From an uncultured Desulfobacteraceae bacterium (GTDB lineage Bacteria; Desulfobacterota; DSM-4660; Desulfatiglandales; JALVMZ01): 60,905 nucleotides of DNA. Each line of letters starts with the position of its first letter. Position 1 is the first letter of the stretch. The notes beneath the pieces were generated by a model. The model was not told the DNA's origin. It worked only from the letters and a program-made list of their open reading frames with translations, and did no database searches. Below, one piece after another: positions 60,384 to 60,905 of this stretch. Both the position numbers and the translations under genes were made by a program. The stretch spans positions 1-60,905 of the forward strand of contig CAYTXJ010000001.1 in NCBI GenBank assembly GCA_964440775.1, read 5' to 3'.

Positions 60384-60905
60384 CTATGAATTGGAAGCCC
60401 TTTGATTCATATCTTCAGGGTAGGTAAAGTATTCGATACTTAAATCTTTAATGACATCCATTGCAGAGGGCTCTATCATGGGGCTCACTATTATCCTTCT
60501 TTTAACCTCTTTTCCCTCTTTCTCTCTATAAAATTCCACCTTCCTAAAGAATGCATATACCTCTGGCTTGCTGATTGATGATTTTATCTCCATTATCCAG
60601 ACCATACCATCGTGAATTACCAGATCCAGCTCCACCTGATCAGGCCTTCCAAATACCTTGCCCTCTGTGTCATATTTAAGATATCTCTCTACCTTAAGAC
60701 CGGTAATATCCTCTATCACTGATCTCATTGCCTCCCTGAAGGTATGCTCGGTTGATATTCCCCATCTTGCACCCAGTGCACCTATGGTCCTATCTATCCT
60801 TCTATCCACCCTCCGAATCTCATTGAGCATCTCTTCAAACTTCCTGTTTGAATCTTCCCTCAGAGCCCTTACCTCTGCCCACAGGGTATTAAACTTCCTA
60901 TCATG
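60384..60905 (-). CDS. PD-(D/E)XK-fold protein (DUF3782-like), 5' end outside window
   Basis: The reading frame stays open to the window edge (HDRKFNTLWAEVRALREDSNRKFEEMLNEIRR...). The nuclease-like core is PDQVELDLVI...IMEIKSS. The family name is from memory. Confidence 0.6.
   Translation of the reverse strand, partial: HDRKFNTLWAEVRALREDSNRKFEEMLNEIRRVDRRIDRTIGALGARWGISTEHTFREAMRSVIEDITGLKVERYLKYDTEGKVFGRPDQVELDLVIHDGMVWIMEIKSSISKPEVYAFFRKVEFYREKEGKEVKRRIIVSPMIEPSAMDVIKDLSIEYFTYPEDMNQRASNS

Overview
This 61-kb window is bacterial chromosome, moderately AT-rich by eye, and almost entirely core housekeeping genes on both strands. I call about 60 CDS, one tRNA-Gln, and a 44-aa rpmH that the ORF track misses.

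Main gene blocks:
- rluD-carD-hppA-pth-rplY-prs-tRNA(Gln)-ispE-htrA-DUF1844-serA, on the minus strand.
- holB-PSP1-metG.
- A CHASE2 nucleotide cyclase.
- thiD and thiC.
- mnmE-jag-yidC-yidD-rnpA-rpmH, on the minus strand.
- mreBCD-mrdA-rodA, then a bactofilin.
- atpF'FHAGDC, without the a, c and I subunits.
- zapB-zapA-rny.
- A polA operon: small 4-repeat protein, polA, radical SAM protein, double-activase fusion, partner subunit, rng, M48 peptidase.
- An LPS/sugar pair (heptose kinase, ugd).
- yicC-remA-gmk-rlmB.
- maf and tatD.
- A GAF-fused PilB/GspE-type ATPase.
- A partial PD-(D/E)XK gene at the right edge.

Gene content and order fit an anaerobic Desulfobacterota- or Nitrospirota-like lineage, but I cannot assign the organism. 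I see no prophage, CRISPR array, transposase, toxin-antitoxin pair or recognisable defence island.

Signals the ordinary gene calls do not explain:
1. **A MITE-like repeat family, which I do not recognise as a named element.** There are six full copies and three 27-bp solo hairpins. They share GAGAGCTTTG terminal inverted repeats, exact 5-bp flanking duplications, a mosaic interior, and ends that now supply stop codons, a C-terminal tail and a start codon to neighbouring genes.
2. **A tight radical-SAM / fused double BcrAD-type activase / partner-subunit trio** between polA and rng. Its substrate is unknown. A PlsA/PlsR-like ether-lipid function is one hypothesis.
3. **Orphan sensory proteins**, namely the CHASE2 cyclase and the GAF-PilB ATPase.

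All protein calls rest on motifs I can read in the translations. No database search was run.
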